From a virus, in IMG/VR virus record IMGVR_UViG_3300011442_000006, positions 1-45,030 of that record: 45,030 nucleotides of DNA; one strand, given 5' to 3'. Below the pieces are notes generated by a model. The model was not told where the DNA came from, did not search any database, and saw only the letters and a program-made list of their open reading frames with translations. The translations under genes and the position numbers were made by a program. Below are positions 1-6,553 of this stretch, in pieces. Numbering within the stretch: position 1 is the stretch's first letter; the number at the start of each line of letters is the position of its first letter.

Positions 1-123
1 GCGGGTATGATGCTGAGTGGCGTTGCCTTTCGGCTGCACAATTTGGACTTCCCCACGTTCGGGAGCGGGTGTTCATTGTTGCCTACGCCAGGGGCTCAGC
101 CGCACGGGGTCGCTGGGTCGAAC
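1..123. repeat. Terminal overlap, exact copy of 44908-45030 (circular closure of the contig)
   Basis: Read directly: gcgggtatgatgctgagtgg...ggtcgctgggtcgaac is present at both ends. The repeat lies inside one reading frame (methyltransferase), so it is an assembly or permutation overlap rather than a functional terminal repeat. Confidence 0.9.
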
Positions 124-668
124 GCGTGCTACCAACTGAAATCGCAGATTGGCCGGGATTTCTTGTACGTGCAAGAGAGCGAGGCCCTAATGGGCTTTCC
201 CGAAGGATGGTGCGATTAGATGGCCGTGAACTGGGCGGCGAGGAAGGCGGCACAGCGGGCCTTCCCAATCCTGAAGGCGTGCGAACATTGCGGGGCGACT
301 ACGGGTCTCGAGCGACACCATCCAGATTTGAGCAAGCCGGTGGAAATAATAGTACTCTGTCGGACGTGCCATGTAGCGGAGCACAACAAGACGGCTCGAG
401 GGTGGGGCGGCGGCCGAAGCGGGCGGAAGCAGCTGAGGCCATGCAAGGAATGTGGGACGATGTTTCTACCGACTCACTCAAAGAACCACACGCTTTGCAG
501 TCTAAAATGCAGATCGGTCGCGGGCCGTCGAAACGCAATGAAACGCTGGCATCCTACTCTCACCTCTCCCGCGACCTAAACCGACTGAAAGGGTACGGTA
601 ACGCGGTAGTGCCCGCCTGCGCCGAATGGATCGGTAAAAGACTTATGGCAGCTGCGCCGAAAGCCTGA
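1..668 (+). CDS. DNA (cytosine-5)-methyltransferase, 3' portion (continues from 44523-45030 through the circular junction); probably interrupted
   Basis: Frame 3 is open from GTG 44523 through the junction to TGA 666-668 (350 codons). Motif VIII QFGLPHVRERVFIV is at 39-80 and motif X GYGNAVVPACAEWIG at 591-635. Frame 3 between ~100 and ~560 is Arg/Gly-rich and motif-less. The expected ESEALMGFPEGW peptide (175-210) is in frame 1. Confidence 0.6.
   Translation, partial: GYDAEWRCLSAAQFGLPHVRERVFIVAYARGSAARGRWVERVLPTEIADWPGFLVRARERGPNGLSRRMVRLDGRELGGEEGGTAGLPNPEGVRTLRGDYGSRATPSRFEQAGGNNSTLSDVPCSGAQQDGSRVGRRPKRAEAAEAMQGMWDDVSTDSLKEPHALQSKMQIGRGPSKRNETLASYSHLSRDLNRLKGYGNAVVPACAEWIGKRLMAAAPKA
220..579 (+). 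CDS. HNH endonuclease (119 aa) nested inside the methyltransferase gene
   Basis: ATG 220 directly follows TAG 217-219. CEHCG-x8-HH...LCRTCHVAEHN is an HNH signature. A second Cys ribbon CKECG...CSLKC follows. The stop at 577-579 lies just upstream of MTase motif X. Confidence 0.75.
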   Translation: MAVNWAARKAAQRAFPILKACEHCGATTGLERHHPDLSKPVEIIVLCRTCHVAEHNKTARGWGGGRSGRKQLRPCKECGTMFLPTHSKNHTLCSLKCRSVAGRRNAMKRWHPTLTSPAT

Positions 669-674
669 TACAAT
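666..674 (+). promoter_or_regulatory. Extended -10 box TGATACAAT, 7 nt upstream of ATG 682 (leaderless configuration)
   Basis: TGATACAAT is followed by tacgccc then ATG, with no purine-rich SD in the gap. It overlaps the MTase stop codon. Confidence 0.5.
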
Positions 675-681
675 TACGCCC

Positions 682-870
682 ATGGCAAAGACTACTGCCC
701 CGACCGAAAAGCACCGCTTTAGTCAGTTTCTCCCGCACTGGCTGCATAAGCGGGTCCAGGCTCATGTCCGAGCCGAGAAGAAAAAGGGGCTCTCGACATC
801 AGTCACTCAGGTTATCGAGGAACTGGTGTACCAGGCGTTCAGCGGGAAACAGAAAAAAAGGGCAGCGTGA
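682..870 (+). CDS. small DNA-binding protein, ribbon-helix-helix-like (62 aa)
   Basis: HRFSQFLPHWLHKRVQAHV...STSVTQVIEELV resembles the strand plus two helices of Arc/CopG-type RHH proteins. The C-terminus is basic. Confidence 0.45.
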   Translation: MAKTTAPTEKHRFSQFLPHWLHKRVQAHVRAEKKKGLSTSVTQVIEELVYQAFSGKQKKRAA

Positions 871-1364
871 TGTTCCATAGCCACCACTACTACGATTTCA
901 AAGTAGACGTCACGATTCGCAATGGGCCGGCTGGGCCGGTGGAAGTCGACGAAGTTTTCAAAACGCTGGTAACTCAGCAACTTTCAACAATCATTACTCA
1001 AGGAGAAAAACTCATGGCATTTACAGCGGCCCAAACGAAGGCAATTCAGGACAAGCTCGACGACATGGAGCAAAAGGTTACCACGGCGGTATCGACAGCG
1101 ACCGCCGAAGCAGTAGCGAAGGAGTTGGGCGAAATCAAGAGCCAGCTTCAGAAGCTACGAGATATCATCGCCGAGGGCGGAACGGTGTCTGATGCGGATG
1201 TCGCCCAGGTAATCGGTTCGGTGGACGCGACCGGGACCCGGATGGCGACGAACCTCGGGACCGCTATTGCGGCCGCGATCGACAAGATCAGCGAGGACGA
1301 TGGGGGAACCGACACCGGCAGCGGCAGCGGAACACCGACGCCGAATCCCAACCCGGAACCGTAG
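867..1364 (+). CDS. hypothetical protein, coiled-coil with Pro/Asn-rich tail (165 aa)
   Basis: GTG 867 / ATG 870 overlaps the upstream stop (GTGATG). High GC3 ORF with no recognisable family. Confidence 0.6.
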   Translation: MMFHSHHYYDFKVDVTIRNGPAGPVEVDEVFKTLVTQQLSTIITQGEKLMAFTAAQTKAIQDKLDDMEQKVTTAVSTATAEAVAKELGEIKSQLQKLRDIIAEGGTVSDADVAQVIGSVDATGTRMATNLGTAIAAAIDKISEDDGGTDTGSGSGTPTPNPNPEP

Positions 1365-1401
1365 TACAATCGTCGTAGCTTACAATTCTGATCTATCGAG
1401 T

Positions 1402-1434
1402 GGGGCCGGTCTCAGATCGGCCCTTTTCGTTTTT
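1402..1434 (+). terminator. Rho-independent terminator
   Basis: GGGCCG (1403-1408) pairs with CGGCCC (1418-1423) around a 9-nt loop, followed by TTTTCGTTTTT. Confidence 0.7.
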
Positions 1435-1441
1435 GGCGCCA

Positions 1442-1450
1442 TGATAGAAT
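1442..1450 (+). promoter_or_regulatory. Extended -10 box TGATAGAAT, 7 nt upstream of ATG 1458 (leaderless)
   Basis: TGATAGAAT then cgcaggc then ATG, with no SD. It lies directly after the terminator. Confidence 0.55.
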
Positions 1451-1457
1451 CGCAGGC

Positions 1458-1931
1458 ATGAAGATCTTAGACACCTATCGAACAGGGCAAACCGGCTATA
1501 GCAACGGGGCCCCCGGCATCGTCCTGATTACCGACGCCATGCCCGACTGGAACCAGCAGCAGTGGCGGGACCTGATGAAGGCTCACAACATTGAACCTGA
1601 TCCGAAACCTTTTGAACCGTCTTACAAGCTGGTGTTCGGGGTCGACACGTTCACCGGGCGACGTTGGGAGATGAACTCCCGGCTATTTGCCGACACGGCG
1701 ACTCTGACTTTCCTCGCTCAACGTTACGGCAACGGCAAGACGAGAGAGACCGATATTCTCGGCCAGGGCGGAACGTTCGTGATCGAGGCGAAGCCTGCGG
1801 AGTTTCAGCTACTCGACGGGCGGTGGGTGAACGCTGGCATGATCGCCGGTTTCTATACCGACAATCCGGAAGGTGAGTTTCCGGGAGTGGCCGACCGGCA
1901 GATCAAGGCGATACTCGCCAAGGACGAGTAG
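1458..1931 (+). CDS. hypothetical protein (157 aa)
   Basis: ORF track. Natural amino-acid composition, no family recognised. Confidence 0.6.
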   Translation: MKILDTYRTGQTGYSNGAPGIVLITDAMPDWNQQQWRDLMKAHNIEPDPKPFEPSYKLVFGVDTFTGRRWEMNSRLFADTATLTFLAQRYGNGKTRETDILGQGGTFVIEAKPAEFQLLDGRWVNAGMIAGFYTDNPEGEFPGVADRQIKAILAKDE

Positions 1932-1937
1932 ATAGCC

Positions 1938-2129
1938 ATGGACCCGTTATCGCTTATTGCCGGGGCTGTCAAAGCGTTTTTTGATTTCTTATGTACCCCG
2001 GAGGGGCAGGAGTTTTGCAAAGCCAACCGAGAGGCTATTGCCCGATTTAACGCTATGATCGATACTCTGGTCGGGAAAGCGAAGCCATTGCCCCCGGCGC
2101 CGCCCGTGCAAGCAAAGCCTTTGCCGTAG
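1938..2129 (+). CDS. hypothetical small protein (63 aa)
   Basis: ORF track. The start is 7 nt after the upstream stop. The C-terminus is Pro-rich. Confidence 0.5.
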   Translation: MDPLSLIAGAVKAFFDFLCTPEGQEFCKANREAIARFNAMIDTLVGKAKPLPPAPPVQAKPLP

Positions 2130-2414
2130 TACCGTACTATTGCGCCATTTGGCAAAGTGTGTCTATTATGGCTCTGGGTCGGCGTTCACGTTGTTAGCAG
2201 CGCTTCACTGTTAAAGCGAGACGATAGGTAGAGCCCGCTTATGAGGTACGCCGACCGCGATCTTTGCTCCATCGTCTTTCCGCTTTCATCGTTAGCGGTT
2301 TCCCCGATGGACTTAGCGTCCGCTTGACCAGCGGCCCGCCGATGCGTAAGACGGCAACCGGGGCCCCTTCCGAGAGATTCGGGGCCCTGGTACTACGTAA
2401 GGCAAAATAGTACA

Positions 2415-2442
2415 TTGTGAAAGTGCGCATGTGGTGTATTCT
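2415..2442 (+). promoter_or_regulatory. Candidate sigma70-type promoter of the main early operon (TTGTGA-16 nt-TATTCT)
   Basis: -35 TTGTGA at 2415-2420 and -10 TATTCT at 2437-2442, preceded by TG. A TAGTACATT box at 2408-2416 overlaps it. Confidence 0.4.
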
Positions 2443-2448
2443 TACATC

Positions 2449-2469
2449 AGATCAGCTAGTCACTGATCT
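2449..2469. promoter_or_regulatory. Inverted repeat AGATCAG-7 nt-CTGATCT between promoter and RBS (candidate operator or 5'-UTR hairpin)
   Basis: Perfect 7-bp arms containing two GATC sites, immediately upstream of AAAGGAG and ATG 2487. Confidence 0.4.
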
Positions 2470-2486
2470 TAAAGGAGAAAAAAGAA

Positions 2487-2852
2487 ATGAACAACACACA
2501 CATAGCAGGGCGGGAATGGTCGGGAATCTTCACCGGCCGTCTTGAGATTCGGCCCTCACTCACTGCCGACGATGTCACGATTCAAGATGAGTTTGGTATG
2601 AAGTTCTACACGGGCAGTCAGATCATTGACGTATGCGGCGATGAGAGGCTACTGCATGTAGTTGCCTCTTTCCCGGCCGTGTTTCCGACGTTGCCGGTCG
2701 CCAATCCGAACATCATCTGCCCGAAGTGCTGGACACGCGCCGCGAAAGGGCTCGGCGAGATGGTATGCGGCTTCTGCGGTGAAAGCGGCTGCGAGTCCTG
2801 CATCACAGACGACGGCGAGATGGTCTGCAACCATTGCCGGGAGCGTGCGTAA
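2487..2852 (+). CDS. hypothetical Cys-rich zinc-ribbon protein (121 aa)
   Basis: RBS AAAGGAG. The C-terminal half has CPKC...CGFCG..GCESC...CNHC motifs. Confidence 0.65.
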   Translation: MNNTHIAGREWSGIFTGRLEIRPSLTADDVTIQDEFGMKFYTGSQIIDVCGDERLLHVVASFPAVFPTLPVANPNIICPKCWTRAAKGLGEMVCGFCGESGCESCITDDGEMVCNHCRERA

Positions 2853-3031
2853 TGGCCAAACTCGAATGCAAGTGCATCCACTGCGGTAAGGTTACCGGCT
2901 CGACCTTGGACCCGGCCCGCGTTGGCACGGTCTGTCATGATTACGTCTGGCAAAAGCTGTTCAAGGAAGGGGCCCGGCGGCGGGCCCGCACCATACGACG
3001 TCAAATCATGGAGCAGGCCGCCAAACAGTAG
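2852..3031 (+). CDS. hypothetical small Cys-rich protein (59 aa)
   Basis: ATG 2852 overlaps the upstream TAA (TAATG). CKCIHCG...CHD motif with a basic tail. Confidence 0.5.
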   Translation: MAKLECKCIHCGKVTGSTLDPARVGTVCHDYVWQKLFKEGARRRARTIRRQIMEQAAKQ

Positions 3032-3063
3032 TATACTCGACTGCGCAATGTACAGGAGGTGTC

Positions 3064-4278
3064 ATGTCTGAAACGAAAGATCTTGAGATTATTACCCCAC
3101 GGGCCGGCCGCGAAGTGGTCAAGGCCGACGACTTCATGCCGCTGCTATCGGTTGAGCAAGCAGTCGACCGTAAGAGCAAGATCAACCAGTTTATCGGGCA
3201 GGTTCTCAAAGAAGGCGACGATTACGGCAAGATGCCAGGGGACACGCGGAAAGACGCGAAGAAGGTCCTGCTGAAACCCGGCGCCGAGAAGCTCTGCTCG
3301 ATCTTTGGGCTCGCCCCGCAATACCTCGAAGACAAGATCACCGAGGACTGGACCGGCAGGGATCACGGCGGGGAACCACTGTTCTACTACGCCTACCGCT
3401 GTCAACTGATGCGGGGCGACCGGTTCATGGGTGAGGCGATCGGTTCGGCGAACTCATGGGAAATCAAGTATCGCTACCGCTGGGTGACGGAAGACACCGC
3501 CGAGGCGGCTGGATTTGAACCGGACGCGTTAACAAAGCGGGGCAGCCGGGCGACTAAATTCGAGCCTGATTTCGCCATCGCGAAGCGGGAGAGCTCGGGG
3601 CAGTATGGACACCCGGCCGAGTATTGGGATCAATTCACCGCGGCGGCCGGCGCGAAGCGGGTCACCGATAAGCAGCTTGGAACGCGGAAGTTTAACGGCT
3701 GGGAGATCTCGCTCGATCAGACACAATACCGGATACCCAATCCGGACGTCGCCGACGTGATCAACACGCTCCAGAAGATGGCCCAGAAGCGGGCACTGGT
3801 CGCGGCCGTCCTGGTGGTAACGAACTGCTCGGACGCGTTCACGCAAGACCTTGAAGACGGACTACCGGGCGAGGACGGGTCGAATGGTGGTACATCGACG
3901 CCGGCCGCCCACGGAGCCCAGCAGCAGACGTTACCGGCCGAGGAGCCCCCGTTGCAGCTTCCCGAGGAATTGGCGGCCCTGTTCGGCCCCAACGCCCCGG
4001 CAAAGGGGACAACAACCGCGTTCGCTATCGTCAAACGCGAACTGATGGAAGCTTTGCCGCAGAATGGCGAAGACGAGTATCGGCGCATTCTGGCGGTGAA
4101 CGGGATCAAGGACAAGGGCAACAAGATCGAGGACGTCAAAAAGGCGTTGATTCAGGGCTGGACGCTCGCCCGGTCAGTGAAGGCAAAGACCGGCTGGAAG
4201 CCGATACCGCTTACTGATCCGGCTGGCCAAGATAGTCACGAGAGCGAGAGCGACGACTGGGGGGAGGGCCGGGAATGA
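3064..4278 (+). CDS. putative single-strand annealing / recombination protein (Erf/Rad52-like, tentative; 404 aa)
   Basis: RBS AGGAGG. LLKPGAEKLCSIFGL and LQKMAQKRALVAAVL resemble conserved SSAP blocks recalled from memory. It sits upstream of a Gp157-like gene and nucleases. Confidence 0.4.
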   Translation: MSETKDLEIITPRAGREVVKADDFMPLLSVEQAVDRKSKINQFIGQVLKEGDDYGKMPGDTRKDAKKVLLKPGAEKLCSIFGLAPQYLEDKITEDWTGRDHGGEPLFYYAYRCQLMRGDRFMGEAIGSANSWEIKYRYRWVTEDTAEAAGFEPDALTKRGSRATKFEPDFAIAKRESSGQYGHPAEYWDQFTAAAGAKRVTDKQLGTRKFNGWEISLDQTQYRIPNPDVADVINTLQKMAQKRALVAAVLVVTNCSDAFTQDLEDGLPGEDGSNGGTSTPAAHGAQQQTLPAEEPPLQLPEELAALFGPNAPAKGTTTAFAIVKRELMEALPQNGEDEYRRILAVNGIKDKGNKIEDVKKALIQGWTLARSVKAKTGWKPIPLTDPAGQDSHESESDDWGEGRE

Positions 4279-4733
4279 CCGGTAAAGCGCTACTCGGACA
4301 GATACTGGCGATAGAGCCCGATGCCGCTGGGTGGCGTAAGCTGCCCAGTGGCAACTGGGTGAAGCTCGGCGACGGGGTGACGCTCGGCAACGAGGTGAAG
4401 CTCGGCGACGGGGTGACGCTCGGCAACTGGGTGAAGCTCGGCAACGAGGTGAAGCTCGGCGACGGGGTGACGCTCGGCAACTGGGTGAAGCTCGGCGACG
4501 AGGTGACGCTCGGCGACGAGGTGACGGAGGCCATCTATCTGGGGCACTGTGAAGGTTACCCGAAAACCATCGCGAGCGTGAAAGGCGTAGCTTACATATC
4601 GGCGGGATGTCGGTGGTTTACATTGACGGCGGCGCTGAAACACTGGGAAAGCCGTGATGATCGGCCAATCACAAGGGCGGTCATGCTGGCGGCGGTGGAA
4701 ATCGCACGGATTAAGGGCTGGACTCACGAATAA
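4275..4733 (+). CDS. hexapeptide-repeat protein (152 aa) with conserved C-terminal domain
   Basis: About ten consecutive LG(D/N)xV(K/T) hexapeptides encoded by an 18-nt tandem repeat. The C-terminal block is ISAGCRWFTLTAALKHWESR. The ATGA start overlaps the upstream stop. Confidence 0.7.
   Translation: MTGKALLGQILAIEPDAAGWRKLPSGNWVKLGDGVTLGNEVKLGDGVTLGNWVKLGNEVKLGDGVTLGNWVKLGDEVTLGDEVTEAIYLGHCEGYPKTIASVKGVAYISAGCRWFTLTAALKHWESRDDRPITRAVMLAAVEIARIKGWTHE
4350..4526 (+). repeat. 18-nt (36-nt super-unit) tandem repeat, ~9.8 copies, coding
   Basis: ggcaactgggtgaagctc / ggcgacggggtgacgctc / ggcaacgaggtgaagctc units are repeated almost without substitutions. Confidence 0.9.
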
Positions 4734-4780
4734 GGCGCAAATACCCTTGTAATCGAGTGGCGCCTTAGTCGCATACTCGG

Positions 4781-4975
4781 ATGATGATGACGACGACACG
4801 GGCCCAGAGAGCTTTTGCGATACAGGTGCTGGCAGAGGCACAGCGAAGATTGAAGGCATGCGATATATCAATGGCCCTGGAGCCGGTCCAGGTTGCCGCG
4901 CTGATAGATTTTACAGAGGAGGAGTATGGGGCTAACGAAAACGACGCGAGAGAAACTGGAAGACGCCTTTTTTGA
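4781..4975 (+). CDS. hypothetical protein (64 aa), uncertain
   Basis: ORF track. It overlaps the next, better supported gene by 50 nt. Confidence 0.35.
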   Translation: MMMTTTRAQRAFAIQVLAEAQRRLKACDISMALEPVQVAALIDFTEEEYGANENDARETGRRLF

Positions 4976-5246
4976 CTTATCGGTAGTCGACCAGGCGGGA
5001 CTGCTTGATTCGTTGAACACGCTACACCGGATGAAGAAACGGCAGCCGGGGGAGACTCAGGCGGTACGGAGGGCGCATCGATTCGGCGCAAGTACGGTGT
5101 GTTCCGTGTGCGGGCTCGATGGCGACCAGGCGGTTCCCGGCAAGTGTCCGGGGCGGCCGGGACAACCAGAGCAACAGGAGTCGTTACTCGACGGGCTCAA
5201 CTCCGGTGTGGGTCCGCGGCAGGGCCCAAATGGAGATGAAGGATGA
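4926..5246 (+). CDS. hypothetical protein (106 aa)
   Basis: Strong RBS GAGGAGGAG directly upstream of ATG 4926. Confidence 0.6.
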   Translation: MGLTKTTREKLEDAFFDLSVVDQAGLLDSLNTLHRMKKRQPGETQAVRRAHRFGASTVCSVCGLDGDQAVPGKCPGRPGQPEQQESLLDGLNSGVGPRQGPNGDEG

Positions 5247-5941
5247 GCGACGAACTAGTAGCCAAGCCCCGCGAGACCCTGTTTCAGATCAATGAGACGT
5301 TGGCCGATCTGCTGGCGGTTCGTAGCGACATGCTGGCGAGCGACCCTCCGGAGGATGTCTCGGCGATCGACGGGGAGATCATCAAGTATTTCCAGAAAGA
5401 GGTAGCCAAGGCCGATGCGATCATCCCGCTCTGGCGATACTTCGAAACGGCCGCGGCAACCGCTCGAGCGGAAGCAGTGCGGCTGAAAGCCTACGCCGAG
5501 GACGTCGAGGGCCAGCTTGAGCACCTGAAATTGCGGGTGAAAGAAGTGATGATCCAGTTCGAAAAGAAGAGTATCGCCGGCACGCACGGGCGGCTGATGC
5601 TCAAAGGGAACGGGGGCTCGGCGCCGATCCAGATCAACGAAGAGGTGCTACCAGACGATCTTTGTAAGTGGGAGGGCACTATCTACGGTACGGCGTGGTG
5701 CCATATTCCTCCACACTTCAAGGCCCGGTCCGACGTGAAGATGAAGCGGCTGCCGAGTAACACGAGGATACGTGAGGCCCTGGCGAAGCGTTGTGAGCCG
5801 TGTCAAGGGACTGGAAAAGCTATCGACGGCCGGCACATGGGCGATGAAGCTATGACGTGCGCCGAGTGTGAGGGTGATGGCAAGGCCCGCGTACCTGGGG
5901 CCCGGCTGCTCGAGCGGGGAAACCACGTCGAGATACGCTGA
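5243..5941 (+). CDS. Gp157-family protein fused to a DnaJ-type zinc finger (232 aa)
   Basis: The N-terminal 120 aa have the coiled-coil pattern typical of siphovirus Gp157 family proteins. The C-terminus has CEPCQGTGK and CAECEGDGK (CxxCxGxG x2). Confidence 0.55.
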   Translation: MSDELVAKPRETLFQINETLADLLAVRSDMLASDPPEDVSAIDGEIIKYFQKEVAKADAIIPLWRYFETAAATARAEAVRLKAYAEDVEGQLEHLKLRVKEVMIQFEKKSIAGTHGRLMLKGNGGSAPIQINEEVLPDDLCKWEGTIYGTAWCHIPPHFKARSDVKMKRLPSNTRIREALAKRCEPCQGTGKAIDGRHMGDEAMTCAECEGDGKARVPGARLLERGNHVEIR

Positions 5942-5988
5942 GATCCCGCAAGGGAACGGCGTCTAAATCCACACGTCTAGTGCGCACA

Positions 5989-5999
5989 TGTGATAGACT
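5989..5999 (+). promoter_or_regulatory. Extended -10 box TGTGATAGACT (same 13-mer as at 13132-13144)
   Basis: catgtgatagact is identical at both loci. Here it is followed by a short leader carrying GAGGAG and then ATG 6016. Confidence 0.5.
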
Positions 6000-6015
6000 C
6001 TCCCGAGGAGAAAAT

Positions 6016-6552
6016 ATGCAACTGACATTTGGAAAAGTAGTGCTGTTAAAGTTCGACCGCGCGGTCAAGAGCGGGAAGGCCCGCTTTTCCGCGGCTCTCA
6101 CGGCGCCGGTAAAGAAGGCGATGGGCTGGGAGGAAATCGCCGATTGGGAGACGTCTTGCACGCCGAAGGGCCGGCTAGTCGCAACCAGGATCGAACTCGA
6201 GCCCAAGCCGGGTATGGGGCTTTCAGGGAAGGCCGTCGAGCTCGAGACGTCACTGATCGATTCTTTCGAACTGATCAAAATAGAGGCGAAGGGCAAAGGC
6301 TCCAAGAAGACGAAATCAGTCAAGATCGAGCTACGGTTCAACGTGACGTACTCGGACGTGGGCGGGGCCGGGAAGCTTGAAAAGTACCTGTTGACCACCG
6401 GTAACGAGGGGGCAATGAACGTAGTGTATGAGAAGGAGGCCGAGAACCAAAACCTGGAAGGGATGGACGAAGAAACCGATACCCGACAAGGCGAACTGGA
6501 ACACATGGTTGAAGATGTAAAGAAAAAGCGTGGCTCCAAAGAAGTGAACTGA
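6016..6552 (+). CDS. hypothetical protein with acidic C-terminal tail (178 aa)
   Basis: ATG 6016 is preceded by GAGGAG (6005-6010). The GTG at 5980 given in the track lies upstream of the promoter-like box. Confidence 0.6.
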   Translation: MQLTFGKVVLLKFDRAVKSGKARFSAALTAPVKKAMGWEEIADWETSCTPKGRLVATRIELEPKPGMGLSGKAVELETSLIDSFELIKIEAKGKGSKKTKSVKIELRFNVTYSDVGGAGKLEKYLLTTGNEGAMNVVYEKEAENQNLEGMDEETDTRQGELEHMVEDVKKKRGSKEVN

Positions 6553-6553
6553 A

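Noticed and set aside
1-123. A functional direct terminal repeat (T7-like DTR).
   Set aside because: The repeat lies inside a continuous coding frame, and the packaging genes are P22/headful-like. An assembly overlap of a circularly permuted genome is more parsimonious.
217-219. TAG recoding (an amber-suppressing code) that would fuse the MTase fragment to the HNH ORF and explain the many TAGs.
   Set aside because: With the standard code, all large conserved genes (terL, portal, coat, tailspike) are full-length with no internal TAG. TAG consistently coincides with gene ends that are followed by a new start.
2170-2236. tRNA-like acceptor pairing (GGCTCTG ... TAGAGCC) with an internal 5-bp stem and 7-nt loop.
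   Set aside because: It is only about 66 nt long. There are no D or T arm consensus sequences, and position 33 of the putative anticodon loop is not U.
2239-2430. 63-aa minus-strand ORF as a divergent repressor gene.
   Set aside because: No helix-turn-helix-like segment, Arg/Ser/Pro-biased composition, and no promoter or RBS. It overlaps predicted hairpins.
4350-4526. Possible CRISPR array or DGR variable repeat.
   Set aside because: The units are contiguous with no spacers, stay in frame and encode a hexapeptide motif. No cas genes or reverse transcriptase occur anywhere in the genome.
4290-4871. Long minus-strand and alternative-frame ORFs. Examples: 4290-4871(-), 5850-6539(-), 27006-27653(-), 28121-28759(-), 33682-34398(-), 29712-30224(+), 35247-35735(-).
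   Set aside because: They are Arg/Pro/Gly/Ser-rich shadow frames of well-supported + strand genes in GC-rich DNA. They have no motifs, no RBS or promoter, and implausible composition.
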